Translations under genes and position numbers: made by a program
From: a virus
Lineage: Duplodnaviria; Caudoviricetes
DNA: 27,279 nucleotides
Direction: 5' to 3' (one strand)
Virus record (IMG/VR): IMGVR_UViG_3300011443_000046
Coordinates: 1-27,279 of that record
Part shown: piece after piece, positions 25,392 to 27,279 of the stretch
Layout of the letters: the number at the start of each line of letters is the position of its first letter
Position numbering within the stretch: position 1 is the first letter of the stretch
The notes under the pieces: generated by a model
The model's input: the letters and a program-made list of their open reading frames with translations, nothing else
Databases searched by the model: none
Told to the model about the DNA's origin: nothing

Positions 25392-25672
25392 AAGATGCCT
25401 TGAAGCGATTTGAAACGATCAATTTGGACGACGAAAGCGAATGCGAGGCGTTCATCAATGCCCATGGGACCACTAAAGGCCGCAGATTGGCCAACAAGCT
25501 AGGTTTCAGTGGCAAGGGGTCGGAAAAGCGTGCCGATTCCCTTGCCTGCTATGCGTGGAACAAATGGACGGCTATAGGATTAAGGAAGCGGGGAGAAATC
25601 GGAAAGGCAATGGCTTATGAGGCAATAGCCAACCGGATTTACAACCACATGCCTAAAGACATTCGTTGGTAA
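25388..25672 (+). CDS. Early-region hypothetical protein (94 aa)
   Basis: YAWNK.TA...R..G.I..A..YE.I...IY..+P...RW phage pattern. Confidence 0.8.
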   Translation: MKDALKRFETINLDDESECEAFINAHGTTKGRRLANKLGFSGKGSEKRADSLACYAWNKWTAIGLRKRGEIGKAMAYEAIANRIYNHMPKDIRW

Positions 25673-25687
25673 CGGTTTCGACCGTAG

Positions 25688-25710
25688 GGGCGGCGAAAGC
25701 CGCCCTTTCT
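25688..25710 (+). terminator. Intrinsic terminator-like hairpin
   Basis: gggcggc-gaaa-gccgccc followed by tttct; flanked by acggt-ttcg-accgt and tcggca-N6-tgccga hairpins. Confidence 0.6.
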
Positions 25711-25746
25711 GTCGGCATCGAATTGCCGAGGAGAAAAGGAACACCT

Positions 25747-25971
25747 ATGACGACAGAACAAAAAGAGTACAACGGTCATCCGTCCAGAGCACACTGGAAC
25801 GTCGCGCTATGGTTCGGAAACGATTACGGGCTTTATCGCCTCGCGCTTGCGTGCAAATCGGGAAAGGAATTGCTGGAACGTTGCAAGGAGACGGGTTTCG
25901 TCAAAACGCCGGACGGATACACGTTGACGGAACGCTTGTGTCAACACGCATGGGAATGCGTCAACGAGTAA
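25747..25971 (+). CDS. Early-region hypothetical protein (74 aa)
   Basis: RBS aaaggaacac; YNG...WNVALW..ND.GLY...TPDG pattern. Confidence 0.8.
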   Translation: MTTEQKEYNGHPSRAHWNVALWFGNDYGLYRLALACKSGKELLERCKETGFVKTPDGYTLTERLCQHAWECVNE

Positions 25972-25977
25972 AAGACC

Positions 25978-26250
25978 ATGCAAGCAATCGTCACGAGATT
26001 TCTCCCCGCAACAAACACTAAAGGATCGCGAATAAAGGCTTGGTGCGAACGGGGCGCGATCATCGTCTCAGCCGACTGTGAGACAGACCCACACGAAATG
26101 GCCGTCAAAGCGCTCGTCGCAAAGTTCGTCAAGGAGGATGAAAAACGCTATGGGGCGAACAAAAACCCATGGTCCTGTCGTCGCATTTATGGCGGGCTTC
26201 CCAAAGGTGTCGGCGCCGATTACGTATGGGTTTTCGTAGGTGGCCAATAG
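25978..26250 (+). CDS. Early-region hypothetical protein (90 aa)
   Basis: MQAI.T++LP.TNT+GSRIKA pattern common in phage early regions. Confidence 0.8.
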   Translation: MQAIVTRFLPATNTKGSRIKAWCERGAIIVSADCETDPHEMAVKALVAKFVKEDEKRYGANKNPWSCRRIYGGLPKGVGADYVWVFVGGQ

Positions 26251-26261
26251 AAAGGAACACC

Positions 26262-26528
26262 ATGACCCGCGAGCAAATCATGAACGAATATCAGACGAAA
26301 GACGACCGCATCATTTCACCCGGAAAGTTTGAAGGGGAACCAATATTCGTCCCCGCACTTTGGGAGCTTATGCTGGAATATGGCTCACCGAGTGAAAACA
26401 AAGCCTTTGGCCCCATTCCCCGGCATGACCCACTCCGCGTTGAATGGCCAGAATTGGATGCTTGGCTCGGGCGACGCTGGACCATTCGCCTCTGGGAAGA
26501 CGCGCAAGGGTTCGTGCATTGCCGATAG
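26262..26528 (+). CDS. Early-region hypothetical protein (88 aa)
   Basis: RBS gaaaggaacacc; PGKFEGEP...L.ED.QGFV pattern. Confidence 0.8.
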   Translation: MTREQIMNEYQTKDDRIISPGKFEGEPIFVPALWELMLEYGSPSENKAFGPIPRHDPLRVEWPELDAWLGRRWTIRLWEDAQGFVHCR

Positions 26529-26550
26529 AACGTCCTTCCCTTCCCCTTTC

Positions 26551-26587
26551 AATCCCCGGTTTCCCAAAAGGGCCGGGGATTTTTATT
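26551..26587 (+). terminator. Intrinsic terminator after the early cluster
   Basis: aatccccgg...ccggggatt stem followed by T-run. Confidence 0.7.
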
Positions 26588-26801
26588 GCCCATGGCCAAA
26601 TGGCCAGGAGGGGAGAATAAAAGAGGGGAGGAAAGGAGACAGACGGCGCATGGGCGCAATCTGTCGTCTGCTTCGCAGCCGCAAGACGCCAGGAGGCGTT
26701 TTCACCCCGTTTGACGGCCAGACCGTTTCCTTTGGACGCCTCAAAAACCGGTTGGAAACCTTCTTACACCGTCCCGCAGGGCGGGGAAATCCCGTTTCAA
26801 T

Positions 26802-26827
26802 CAACGCAACGATCCAACGCAACGATC
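26802..26827. repeat. 13-bp tandem duplication (caacgcaacgatc x2)
   Basis: Exact copies at 26802-26814 and 26815-26827. Confidence 0.9.
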
Positions 26828-26874
26828 CCTACGGGATGGTGACGGTCTGTAAGATCTTACGTTTCCCGAAAAAA

Positions 26875-27133
26875 CGGTTTTGTACCGCTTTTTAGTGGGT
26901 CGTGAACTGCTTACATTGGACATGTGACACCCGTCACAAGATCAATAGATAAAGGGCGACGGTCGTGGTCCGTCTTACAAGTTGACTACATTTCACACCA
27001 AAAAAAGGGGGTAAAAACGGTACAAAAACCGATAATTTTGGCCCTTCGGTCCAAAGGACGTCATGAAAATCCCTTACCCAAGGTCAAAAAAGGGGTTCTC
27101 TCGAAATGGGCTCAAAAATACGGTTTTTGTACC
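26875..27133. repeat. Three copies of CGGTTTT(T)GTACC, middle copy inverted
   Basis: 26875-26886 (+), 27019-27031 (-), 27121-27133 (+). Confidence 0.8.
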
Positions 27134-27279
27134 ATTTTGAAGGGGTCGCTGTTGAGAAACCTTTTTGATGTTTTGCTGAGCCGGGTTGGCTAAAGGCCAT
27201 GTTAAATGGCCTGTCGGTCAATATTATGGGGGGGGTGGGGGGTAGCGGGCCGTTCATTAGAAAAAAAAAAAAAAAAAAA

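Larger units (their letters stand above)
1..27279. mobile_element. Tailed bacteriophage genome segment (podovirus-like head-adaptor-nozzle module); no host genes or integrase seen
   Basis: TerL-portal-scaffold-MCP-adaptor-nozzle synteny, pervasive ATGA/GTGA stop-start overlaps, no tape measure or sheath gene in window. Confidence 0.95.

Noticed and set aside
24725-25722. Recurring G(A/T)CGG-N-ATCGAA motif ahead of early genes
   Set aside because: Short and degenerate; ATCGAA is frequent throughout this genome
26802-27133. CRISPR-like mini-array
   Set aside because: Repeats are only 12-13 bp, of mixed orientation and irregularly spaced
26924-27193. 89-aa plus-strand ORF (and 26329-26895)
   Set aside because: No RBS, runs through repeats/terminator, composition driven by A/G tracts
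27261-27279. Poly(A) tail as evidence of an RNA or retro-element
   Set aside because: Context is a dsDNA phage; more likely a genomic homopolymer or contig edge

Overview
The whole window is part of a tailed dsDNA phage (podovirus-like gene order). A ~24 kb translationally coupled late operon on the minus strand runs: degenerate HNH-like protein, small ORFs, HTH/TerS candidate, HD-domain protein, TerL, portal, scaffold, SU10/DUF5309-type major capsid protein, head-completion/adaptor, receptor-binding proteins, membrane/lipoprotein cassette, P22 gp10-like nozzle and a tail protein. A divergent plus-strand cluster of small early-type genes and a repeat-rich non-coding end follow. The most striking feature is that six genes inside the morphogenesis module (tailspike/fibre, fibre-chaperone-like protein, LamG protein, two small beta-rich proteins, a beta-helix enzyme) begin with apparent Sec signal peptides and are mostly Thr-Asn rich, whereas the core capsid/portal/nozzle proteins are not. 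This suggests export and extracytoplasmic assembly of virion appendages. The head-tail adaptor also appears split and order-permuted across two genes. All family calls come from motif recognition by eye; no searches were run.
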